DNA of 64,000 nt, taken from NCBI GenBank assembly GCA_002269645.1, contig NIVC01000112.1, positions 516,520-580,519 on the forward strand, in the 5' to 3' direction. This document shows, piece after piece, positions 44,700 through 55,523 of the stretch (positions within the stretch are counted from its first letter, which is position 1; each line of letters opens with the position of its first letter). Made by a program: the position numbers and the translations under genes. Source of the stretch: Macrostomum lignano. Its lineage: Eukaryota. The notes beneath the pieces were generated by a model. That model was not told the origin of the DNA and did no database searches. It was given only the letters and a program-made list of their open reading frames with translations.

Positions 44700-47600
44700 G
44701 GCAGACAGACAGGCAGACAGACAGACAGACAGGCAGACAGGCAGGCAGATAGGTACAAATACAGACAGACAGGCACTAAGACAGACAGATAGGTAGATAG
44801 AACAGTTGGTAGGCATTCGGAAAAGGCAGCTCTGAGAGATCAAGCAAGATGATCCCGAGCGAGCCGCTTGCATCAGAATGCTGGGGTGAGTCATACAAGG
44901 ATCCGCTCCCACCCCAGCCCATGCGAGCAGACTCTACGAGCAACGCTTAGAAAACGAATGCGGGAAGAGAGGAAGAGACGGGGCGAGCTCTGCCGGCTTC
45001 TGTGGAGAATTTTTCGTGGAGAAGAGGATGAGGGGAGAATTACCGCGGGAAAGACGAGAAGACAGAGGGTGTCGTCGGATCCCAGAACTCAATTATAGGC
45101 ATGGAGCTCCCTTTCAACTCGCCTCTTCCTTTCTCCCGCCACCCAATTAGGGGAGAGTTCGTTGCCGGGTCAAAACGGGGCTGTGGATGACGACAGCTTG
45201 AGGCATTCCTGGGATTCGTACGCGTATTTACACACCCTAGCTCATCATACTATTTATTTCCCATGTTGCCGTGCCGGTAACCGGGCCATGCATGAGTCAT
45301 GTGCGGACTGCACTCGACCGTCCGTGGCTGCACCCTCTTCTCTGAATACGCCTTTCTCTCTCTCTCTCTTCCTCTTTGAGCATCTCTAAGTGTCCTCAGC
45401 TCGAGCCCGATATCTACTCTGGGGGGGGGGAATTTATGGACCAGGGGGTTCTGAGTCCCGTTAGAGAAAAGAATCCTCAGTAAGGGTCTGCAGATAGCTA
45501 GCGGCAATAGTCAAGCATGATCGACTTTATTCCAAAAACATTGGGCGCATTTTACAAACCGCATGGTTAATCAAGGACAAAGGGCTATTGTTGACCAACG
45601 GTATACCGTCGGTTGCGCCGAAGCAATAATTTGATGAAACTAATTGCGCTTCTTGGGAAACACACGTGGCGTTGCGCGGGGTCTGACAGACGCTTTTTCA
45701 GCTTCGGGCCTCAGTCGCAAGCCCCCGCCAAAAAAATCCCGCCCAATTGCAGGCTGTGCCCGTATCGTTTGGATATCGGCGTTCAACGCTGGCTCGAAGC
45801 GCCAATCGACGATGTCGGCAAGTTGCCAACGGAGCAGCCGCTTCAGCCACAGCCGCAGCCGCAGGCGCAGCCCAGCTCGCCAGCTCCGCTCCAGCTGATG
45901 TCGAAGCCTCAAACTCCGACACCGCCGCACCTGCAAAATTTGGCGGCTACCGAGTTCGGCTCGCTCTCGATTCGCCGACGCGTTCAGCACCGGCCGCAGC
46001 GCAGCGCCGTCTCCCAGGTGGCCTCGGTGACCGCCGCCGGTGGCGGCGGCGGCGTCGGCGGCGGAAGCTGCCGATCCCAGCTGCTGGAGGTTCGCGGCTT
46101 CGCCACCCCATCGCCGACAACTGTTGGCGCCGTGGCCACCCTGGGCCGGGCCCGTTCTGCCGTGGTGCTCGAGGAGCTGCGCTACCGACCTCAGCAGCAG
46201 TACCTGTACCAGTACCAGCTGCAGCACCAGCAGCAGTACCAGCTGCAGCAACAGCAGAGAGTGCTCAGCCCGCAGCCTCAGCAATACCGCCGAATGCAGC
46301 AGCAGCAGCAGCCGATGCCGCAGGGCCAGTCCACCATCAGCGATCCGGCCGACTGCTGCCAGCAACTCGGCCGTCAGCGCGCCGTTTCCCAGCTGGTGTT
46401 CCGCGAGGAGTCGTTCGCTCGCACCCTGACGGCCTGCCGCCGTCACTACCAGCGCAGACTGGCGCGTCGCCTCACCGAGGTCGAGATGCGGACGCTGTTC
46501 TTCAACCAGGACGCCTTGCTGGCGGCCAGCCGCACCGCCCTGCAGCAGATTCGGAGCGCCGGCTCCGCCGAGGTGGACAACATCGGCCAGATCTACCGGG
46601 CCAGGCTGTTCCAGCTGTGCGACGACTACCGAGAGTACGCGGAGAACCTCGCCGAGGCCGGCCTGCCGCTGCTCGAGCGGCTCCGGGCCACCATTCCGAG
46701 CCTCGTTGCCGACGCGCGACTGCCAGCCGACCAGTTCGAGGCCGTGGGTGACGAACTGGAGGACGAAGATGACGATGATGACGACGACGACGATCTGCAG
46801 CCGCCGCCACCGCCGCTCCGCACCTGCCTGCTCCGCCCGGTGTCGCACCTCTCCGGTCTGGCGCGCGACTTCAGCGCCATTCTGGCCTGCACTCCGACCG
46901 CGCACTATGACCACCTGTTCGCCGAGGACGTTCAGCAGAATCTTGAGCACTGCGTCTCGTTGATGCCGCAGATGCCACCGGAGTTGCCGCCGAATCTGGC
47001 GATGTCGCTGACGGCCTCCGGCGGGAACTCCGCCTTGGGAGCATCGAACCTACCGCCGCAATCGCCGGCCGCTCAGCAGCGACACCCGACAACGTCGCCG
47101 ACTGCGCACAGTCTCGTAGCCTCATCGTCCGGAGTTTCCAGCGAGCAGTCGGGCGTCGCCGCTGCAACCGATCACCAGCATCACGCGCACCTTCTGCATC
47201 ACCAGCAGCACCAGCTGCATCAGCACTCGCAGTCGGACGTCCTCGGCGGCAGCAGCGGCAATGACTTGACGGCCCTGCAGCAGCGCCTGATCTTCCCCGG
47301 TCACGTGCGGCCGTTTCACCTGCCCGCGCCGGGTCGCCGCCTCGCCCTGTCCGGCGAGCTGCTCTGGCACCCGACTCCGCAGCAGCAGCAGCAGAAGATC
47401 ATGCTGCAGTCCCGCCGGGTCCACGCCGTTCTGCTCACCGACCTCCTGCTGCTCACCCAGCGCCGGCCCGGCGACGCCTGCCTGCTGGCCCTGGCGGAGC
47501 CGTGCCGCCTCTCCGGCTGCTGCCAGGCCGCCTTTGACTGTCCCGGGCGCCTCTTCCAGCTGGCCTTCTCGCCGCTGACTATGGCGGGCTCTTCGACTAC

Positions 47601-47730
47601 GTCGACCGGTGCGTCGGGTGGCGGCGTTGGCGGCCTCGTGCTGCTGCTGGAGGCGCCCAGCTGCGAGGCCAAACAGCTGTGGCGGCTGTGCATCGCCCAG
47701 CTGCTCCTGGGAGGCATCGCCGCCTGCTGA
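39658..47730 (+). CDS. PDZ-DH-PH RhoGEF-family protein (RGS3-type PDZ; architecture like protostome PsGEF), DH domain degenerate
   Basis: Exons 39658-39911 (phase 2), 41628-41925 (phase 0), optional 42325-42480, 44023-44213 (PDZ: [39 protein letters not shown]; phase 2) and 45702-47730 (DH: [13 protein letters not shown]...LFFNQDALL...IGQIY...YREYAEN...LLRPVSHL...TPTAHYD; PH: RRLALSGEL...[12 protein letters not shown]...[12 protein letters not shown]). The PDZ and DH-PH exons are firm; the 5' exons are less certain. Confidence 0.82.
39940..40208. repeat. 9/27-bp intronic minisatellite (CTCATGCTT)
   Basis: Direct inspection. Confidence 0.9.
40800..41287. repeat. CT-rich tandem low-complexity tract
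   Basis: Direct inspection. Confidence 0.92.
41948..42200. repeat. (CTAT)n microsatellite
   Basis: Direct inspection; begins just after the GTGAGC donor at 41926. Confidence 0.96.
43515..43910. repeat. Intronic tandem repeat (GTGAGTGTACATTGA.AGAACAGTGTGGAGTG core)
   Basis: Two alternating unit variants seen directly. Confidence 0.88.
44300..44800. repeat. (GACA)n microsatellite
   Basis: Direct inspection. Confidence 0.96.
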
Positions 47731-47819
47731 TGAAGGAGAGAGACTGGCTGAGTAGAAGGACGAACTGATTGGTTTGAGATTTATTAATTTTCATTTATCT
47801 TTGCCATACGCGGTGCAAG

Positions 47820-48371
47820 CAAGGACGACACTCAACTAGAAGGACGGGAAAAATTGTTTCTTGGAAAATTTTAGGAGGCCGGTTTTTCCGAAAAATACAC
47901 AACGGAGATGGGAAGTTTTCATTTTTTCGGCGCAAAAATAGTTATTGCTTTTGATAGGAGGCAGACCTAATGTTCATCTTTTGATATGTTGTGCCTTTCT
48001 TTTAGCTCTATTGATATTCATGAAGCTTCTTGTTCAGAAAATTAGGATTCTATGTTTACTATCTAAACATCATAAAAATGCGTGGCACAGCTCGACTTTT
48101 TGGTTTTAGAAGTGGATTTGATCATCTCTGTTAGAAATATTGTTACAAACTCGGCAAAGAATGACAAAATAGATTTTAAAACCGTGCCACTTTAATGGTT
48201 CTTAGACACAGGACATCTACAAATGTAAGTGGAATAAAAATTATGAATAGAATCCTATTTTTCTGAACGAAAAGTGTCGGGAATATCAATGGAGCTATAA
48301 CAAAAAGGCAAACATATAAAAAAAGATCAGCACTGGGCCTGCCTCCTGTCCTTCAACTTAATAAGTCCTTG
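47820..48371. mobile_element. CAAGG...CCTTG MITE, copy 2 (right arm partly deleted)
   Basis: Collinear similarity to 3114-3806. TSD GGTGCAAG / AGTGCAAG (7 of 8 identical). Confidence 0.88.
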
Positions 48372-50631
48372 AGTGCAAGTGGGGGAGCAGCGTCTACTTG
48401 TCTCACTTGACGCTCAGTTGAGAGTTAAAACTCGAAATTTCAAAAGCTCCCCAAATACTCTCGTATAAAGCAAGACCTGTGCGTACGCCGTTATATCCAG
48501 ATTTTAATGATAATTTCACATATCATTTTGGACATTTTGGCATTGCTGTTCGTTTCCATTCGCAACACATGTACAGTTTTGCAGCACCCGACGAGTCTTC
48601 ATCACGAACCCATCATTTACTACCAAGGCCCTTCATTTTCATTGTGCAAATCGTTCACGCATTCGCAGGCTTGCTGTTTGTCTTTCAAGTTTGTTTGCGC
48701 GTATGGGGCTTGTGTTAACTTAATCCCGATTGCAACTACTCTGGACTCAGCGGATGAAGCTCAAGATCCTGCATGGGCACAGAGGAGAGCGGGTGAGCTG
48801 GCAGATGGGGAGATTGTGTCCCAACAAGGGAAGGAGAATTAAGGAGCTCAGAACAGATACTAGAGTGGGGCTTGTCCGAGATGAGGCGATGGGGAGGCTG
48901 AGGCTGAGCTAGTGCACTCCCTGAGACGGATACTCCGCTCTGCCAGGAAGTGGCAGTGGATTTTCTGGGAGATTAGAGTACGGGTGCGTCCTGAGGCCAA
49001 GTGTGAGCAGTTCTCAAAGCTTAGCGATAATGGTATGTACATTTCGTGAATACTAAAAAAGTGCCTATCCTGATTACGCCACTCTAGTGTGGTTAATTCT
49101 CTATTTTCGACATGACCCTAAGTCGCTTTGAACTATTATTCTGCAACAATCTCTTTTTAATTAGAAGTAAATCACATTTCTTGTACACAGAACGGTATGA
49201 ATTGTTAACCGATTGCAAAGTAGTACACAGAATTTCCATCAGTATGCACCAGATTAGATTGTACACAAACGGCTCCATTTAAATTTGTAAATTTCTCATT
49301 TTAACTCTAGCCTTTTTAGTCAGCTTTTCATGATCTAATTATACTCTTGAATTATACTCAAGCTATTTTCAAAAAGTTATTATTATCATTTTCAAGCACA
49401 AATGTTTGTAGAACCCTATATGTAGTTTTGCTGCATACGACGCAGTAAAAAGTAGCACATATTTGTTATATTTTAGCGCAGTCACAACCCCGAGCTCTGA
49501 ACTGTTTTTTGTTCACGGAAAGCAAATTTATTTTTCAAGCTATGTATATTTTCGAGTCCATGTCAATTCTATGTCAAAAGCTTTAACAATTATAAAGTCT
49601 TAATTCAAATATAACACTGTACACACTTTTAATACTTCTTTTTTCAAAAACTAATTTAATTTATATCTATATAGAGAGCATAAAATGAAAACAAATCCAA
49701 ATGTTTAATGGTTTTGTTGAGCTTTTTAAAAGTGACACTGAAGAGAACAAAACATAAACTAACTTATGCTGAATATTCTTCGGATCGGGCTAACATACGA
49801 GTACATATGTACATATAATATAATCATATACATTTCCATATCAGTAGCTCGTATGTATACAAGTGTATTTCCGAAGAGTATATAAAAATAACTATATGAG
49901 GTCACGCAAAAAAAGCATTGGAAAAACATCTACATCTGCATGTGGAATAAAAATATCAAAATTTTTAAACATAAAGCTACGCAAAAACAATAAGGTGTGC
50001 TTTTAATCAGCAAAAATAATAGTGCGCAAATAAAAAGTACGTACATGTTGAAACAGTTTTCCGGTGTTTTCAAAATATTAATAAGATATAACAAATAATT
50101 TTACAACATATATTCGCTGCTTGCAAAACAAACCGAAGAGACAAGTTAAAAAAGCTTTAAAATAAACTTTAAAAGCATGAAAATTATTGCTATTATATAT
50201 TAGTACTTGGTTTTTATTCGCAAACAATATCTGCCGTTCTATCTCTGGAAAAAATAATACCGGAATTGTGTTAAAAATAATTTCCAGAGCCACAGACAGG
50301 CATCATCCCTTAAGAATTTAAAATTGGCCTCTAAGAAAATTCGCGCAATGCGCGAGTTTTGCACGTTTTCCTTTTTTAGCTGTCGATGGTTGCGGTGTCT
50401 GTGTTCAATAACATCACTAGGCGTTAATAATTATAGACACAAACAGGAGCTAAAAAACAAGCCTAGAATACGAGTCGTATTGTTGCGTACTGAAAGGAAG
50501 GGGCGGCTATAAAACGCTCCTATACAAACTGCTCTGCCCGAAAAACTAAGTAAAAGAGGCAACCAGACTCAACGAATGACAGGATCTCAACTCTTGCCAC
50601 CTATTGGACTGGAATCCACCGGCCTAGGGGA

Positions 50632-50810
50632 CAGGGGCGCCCAGCCCACCTAATTAAGAGGGGCGCCCAGCCCACCTAATTAAGAGGGGCGCCCAGCCCA
50701 CCTAATTAAGAGGGGCGCCCAGCCCACCTAATTAAGAGGGGCGCCCAGCCCACCTAATTAAGAGGGGCGCCCAGCCCACCTAATTAAGAGGGGCGCCCAC
50801 CCCACCAAAG
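50632..50810. repeat. 26-bp minisatellite (GGGGCGCCCAGCCCACCTAATTAAGA), about 6-7 copies
   Basis: Direct inspection; lies just downstream of the WD40 stop codon. Confidence 0.93.
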
Positions 50811-50943
50811 GACAGGGGCGCCGACCTACAGACAGCTGGGCTCCCACCCCACCAAGACACCATAAGTATTGACGCCCCTTAGGGTTGCAGCACCTCCAAT
50901 TAAAATTCCACTGCTATGTAGAACAGAATAACAAAAAACTCAA

Positions 50944-53900
50944 TCAATCAAATTCAGCATCATCTGCCTGACTGCCATCCTGGTCGTCATTTCCGCCTGC
51001 GCTGTCCCGATCCTCGAGTCCCGAGGACAGCGCGGCCAAGTCTCGGTCGTCCAGCTGAAACTTCTCGCGAGCCGCTGCCGCTGTGCCATCCGAGGAGCTG
51101 CCGGCAACTGTGACCGCTGCCGAATGCGGCGAGTCCACACTGTAGCCAGGATGATGAGAGACCAGTGAGTGAGGCAAGTTATTTTAACACAAAGAACAGA
51201 TTATTAATCGATCGAGCAGGAAATATGCAGGTGACGAACAAAAATATCAAGATGCAACCAGGTAGGTACTCAGGATGTAACCAGGAGATCAGGAAGAGAC
51301 CAGGTGTCCAGGAAGAGACCAGGTGTCCAGGAAGAGACCAGATGTCCAGGAAGAGACCAGTTAATCAGGATGTAACAAGGTGATCAGGAGACCAGGTGAT
51401 CAGGATGTAACCAGGTGATCAGGAAGAGACCAGGTGATCAGGAAAGGATCAGGTGGTCAGGAAAAGACCAGAAAGTGGTCAAGAAGAGACCAGGTGATCA
51501 GGATGTAACCAAGTGATCAAGAAGAGACCAAGTGATCAGGAAAGGACCAGGTGGTCAGGAAGAGACCGGGTGATCAGGAAAGGACCAGGTGATCAGGAAA
51601 GGACCAGGTGATCAGGAAGGGACCAGGTGATCAGCAAAGGACCAGGTGATCAGGAAAATGCCAGGAGGTGGTCAGGAAGAGATCAGGTGATCAGGATGTA
51701 ACCAAGTGATCAAGAAGAGACCAGGTGATCAGGAAAGGACCAGGTGGTCAGGAAAGGACCAGGTGGTCAGGAAGAGACCGGGTGATCAGGAAGAGACCAA
51801 GTGTTCAGGAAAGGACCAGGTGGTCAGGAAGAGACCAAGTGATCAAGAAGAGACCATGTGATCAGGAAAGGACCGGGTGATCAGGAAAGGACCAGGTGAT
51901 CAGGAAGAGACCAGGTGATCAGGATGTAACCAGGTGATCAGGAAAGGACCGGGTGATCAGGAAAGGACCGGGTGATCAGGAAAGGACCAGGTGATCAGGA
52001 TGTAACCAGGTGATCAAGAAGAGACCAGGTGATCAGGATGTAACCAGGTGATGAGAAAGAGATCAGGTGATCAGGAAAGGACCAGGAGGTGGTCAGGAAG
52101 AGACTAGGTGACCAGGAAGAGACCAGGTCATCAGGAAGTGACGAGGTGATCAGTACTCCTATGTAACCATGCAGGTATTCAAGGAGTAACCAAATGTTCA
52201 GGATGTAGCCAGGTGCTTAGGATGAAACTAGGTGATCAGGAAGCGACCAGCTTATCAGAAATAGAAAAGAAAGCGACTGGATGGTTAGTAGGCAATTCAA
52301 GAGATCATAACTCGTAGTAGTTTAAAGTGTAGCTGGGTTATCAGAAAGTGATTCAGAGGTACTCAGGATGCTGATCAGCATCAAGCAGTCCTATACCTGC
52401 AGCAGAACACGCTGCACATTCGCTCCAAATCAGCTACAACTTCGGACTCCATCGAGTAGTCCAACTCCGAGCTGGAGTTCTCGCCGCCTTCACCGTCGGG
52501 TGCTCGCCGTCGCCACAGCCTGACGCAGTCGTGCTCAGCCCAGGACGCCAGACACCGGTCGTCGCGGCTCCAGCGCAAGCCCACAACCCAGGATCCGTGC
52601 CCGTCATCAACTGACATCAGCTGAACAAGACGGCGCCAATCCGCTACCGTGACTCGTCGATCGTGGCTGCCCCCGGTTGCTAGGAGACAGCTCTGACGCG
52701 CGAATGCTACGGCAGTCACCGGTGACTTGCCATTCTTACTGTTGTGCGCTCGATAGACCAACGAATTTGGCGCCCAAGATGGCGCCGGGTGAAAAACGGC
52801 GCGGCTTTTCAAGCGGCGCTCCAGCTGACGGCAGACAGTGGCGTGAGCTACCGCCGCGCTCGCGTCCGTCGCTTGCCACAGACAGGTGAAAACGTCACCA
52901 GCGGATGTTCCGAAGGCCTGCGGTTTCGAATTTGGCATAGGTTTGCTCAAAGTCATTCTCATCAAAGCCTAATGAGATCAGGTGATCAGCGAGTGACCAG
53001 GTGATCAGTGAATGATCAGGTGATCAGTGAGGGAACAGGTGATCAATGATTGACCAGGTGATCAGCGAGTGGCCGGTGATCAGTGAGCGACCAGGTCATC
53101 AGCGAGTGACCAGGTGATCAGCCAGTGACCAGGTGACCAGCAAGTGACCAGGTGACCAGCAAGTGACCAGGTGATCAGCTAGTGACCAGTTGATCAGCGA
53201 ATGACCAGGTGATCAGTGAGTGACCAGGTGACCAGCAAGTGACCAAGTGATCAGCCATTGACCAGGTGATCAGCCAGTGACCAGGTGATCAGCCAGTGAC
53301 CAGGTGACCAGCGAGTGACCAGGTGATCAGCGAATGACCAGCTGATCAGCGAGTGACCAAGTGATCAGCGAATGACCAGGTGATCAGCGAGTGACCAGGT
53401 GATCAGCGAATGACCAGGTGATCAGCCAGTGACCAGGTGATCAGCGAGTGACCAGGTGATCAGTGAGTGACCAGGCGATCAGCCATTGACCGGGTGATTA
53501 ACCAGTGACCAGGTGATCAGCCAGTGACCAGGTGATCAGCGAGTGACCAGGTGATCAGCCAGTGACCAGGTGATCAGCTAGTGACCAGGTGATCAGCCAG
53601 TGACCAGGTGATCAGCCAGTGACCAGATGATCAGTGAGTGACCAGGTGACCAGCAAGTGACCAGGTGATAAGCCAGTGACCAGGTGACCAGCAAGTGACC
53701 AGGTGATCAGCCAGTGACCAGGTGATCAGCCAGTGACCAGGTGATCAGCGAGTGACCAGGTGATCAGCCAGTGACCAGGTGATCAGCGAGTGACCAGGTG
53801 ATCAGCCAGTGACTGATCAGGTGATCAGTGAGTGACCAGGTGATCAACCAGTGACAAGTTGATTCAGCCGAAATTAGAAATTTTATTTCATAGAAAACTC

Positions 53901-55308
53901 CCTATGAAACGTAGAAAAAGCCCTTTTCCTTTCCTTTTCCTTTTCCTTGTCCTTTTTCAACCTCTTTCACAAGCGCTAAACTTGACTTTGACAGTCACTT
54001 TCTTGAGCTCTGAACATTTCGTGGTTAAAAATGTAGCATTTTCTACAATACACGTGCAGTTTTCATCAATTCACGCAATGAAGCAACGAAGTTTGTCTTA
54101 CAATGACGCGATTGTCAAACGAAATCGAGCAGGACAAGCAGGGCCGCCGCAGATTCAACTCAAACAGGAGTTTCTCCTCCTGAAGAAAAGCAACAAATGC
54201 CTCTCCTAATTAGAATTGCCTGGACTAAAAACTGCACTGGGTAAGAAACCACACGTAAAAAAAGGTTCAGTGGCACTTCAAAGCACTTGAAAGGATGCTA
54301 GCTAGCATAGCTCTTATGCCTATAGTCATAAATATAAAATTTCGCAATGTCCAACCCACATCAAGGCTGTAGACGAGGCAGACACCGCAGGCTGAGGCGG
54401 ATACAGACAGCTTGGAGTTGGCTGAAATCTGCACGGCATGGACCTAGTTCCTGTGGCCTGAAATAATAATTGGTCCATAAATTGTAATTTATACTACTGA
54501 ACTTCATCAACTACGAGTAAAGCAAACGAATTTTGTGCATCAATACTCACCAGTGACTACTTGCTCCAAGTAGGCTGTTCGGGTTAGAAAGTTGGCGAGG
54601 GAGCCGGTGGCTCGGCCCACTGAGATCCATTTGGAGTCGGGCGATATGGCCAAGGCAGTGATGCTGGCTGCGGTTTAGGGATGGGGAGGCTCGGGTGTCT
54701 GTCCGCCTGTGTGTCCTGACACAGTGTCTGTCTGCCTCTGTGTCCTTGTGTCTGTCTGCCTCTGTGTCCTTGTGTCAGTCTGCCTCTGTGTCCTTGTGTC
54801 TGTCCGCCTCTGTGTCCTTGTGTCTGTCCGCCTCTGTGTCCTTGTGTCTGTCTGCCTCTGTGTCTTTGTGTCTGTCTGCCTCTGTGTCCTTGTGTCTGTC
54901 TGCCTCTGTGTCTTTGTGTCTGTCTGCCTGTGTGTCCTTGTGTCTGTCTGCCTGTGTGTCCTTGTGTCTGTCTGCCTGTGGGTCCTTGTGTCTGTCTGCC
55001 TGTGTGTCCTTGTGTTTGTCTGCCTCTGTGTCCTTGTGTCTGTCTGCCTGTGTGTCCTTGTGTTTGTCTGCCTGTGTGTCCTTGTGTCTGTCTGCCTCTG
55101 TGTCCTTGTGTCTGTCGGCCTCTGTGTCCTTGTGTCTGTCTGCCTGTGTGTCCTTGTGTCTGTCTGCCTGTGTTTCTTTCGGTCTGTCTGCCTCTGTGTC
55201 CTTGTGTCTGCCTGTTCATGTGTCCTTGTGTCTGTCTGCCTCTGTGTCCTTCGGTCTGTCTGCCTGTCTATGTGTCCTTGTGTCAGTCTCACTCAGTCTG
55301 TCTATCTT

Positions 55309-55367
<59 letters not shown>

Positions 55368-55523
55368 GCCTGCTTGTCAATCTATTCCAAAATTCTCACC
55401 CGAATGCGCGGGCTCTAAGTCGGCAGAGTGGCGGCTTTTGACAACATTATAAATGGACACAACACCATCGTCAAATCCGAGCAAGAGAATCTCGAGATCG
55501 TCGGAGAAAGTGGCGCAGGTGAC
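50944..55523 (-). CDS. WD40-repeat protein, 5'-incomplete model with an in-frame TAG (possible pseudogene)
   Basis: Phase-compatible exons 55523-55400 (VTCATFSDD...GFDDGVVSIY), 54667-54551 (SITALAISPDSKWISVG), 54457-54360 (GHRN*VHAVQISANSKLSVSAS), 54179-54102, 52917-52397 (PVTAVAF...LATGGSHDRRV...GHGSWVVGLRWSRDDRCLASWAEHDCVRLW) and 51139-50944 (acidic tail). The start exon was not identified. Confidence 0.78.
51250..52260. repeat. ~19-bp intronic minisatellite (CCAGGTGATCAGGAAAGGA)
   Basis: Direct inspection. Confidence 0.92.
52970..53857. repeat. 19-bp intronic minisatellite (CCAGGTGATCAGCCAGTGA)
   Basis: Direct inspection. Confidence 0.93.
54710..55372. repeat. 24-bp intronic minisatellite (TGTGTCCTTGTGTCTGTCTGCCTC) grading into (TCTG)n
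   Basis: Direct inspection. Confidence 0.94.

Noticed and set aside
45640-46950. 436-aa minus-strand ORF overlapping the RhoGEF exon, and similar antisense ORFs at 32452-32883 and 62349-63056
   Set aside because: Shadow ORFs expected from GC-rich codon usage on the opposite strand; no domain features.
48583-48790. Candidate exon between TTTTGCAG and GTGAGC downstream of the RhoGEF gene
   Set aside because: No recognisable product and no gene model to attach it to.
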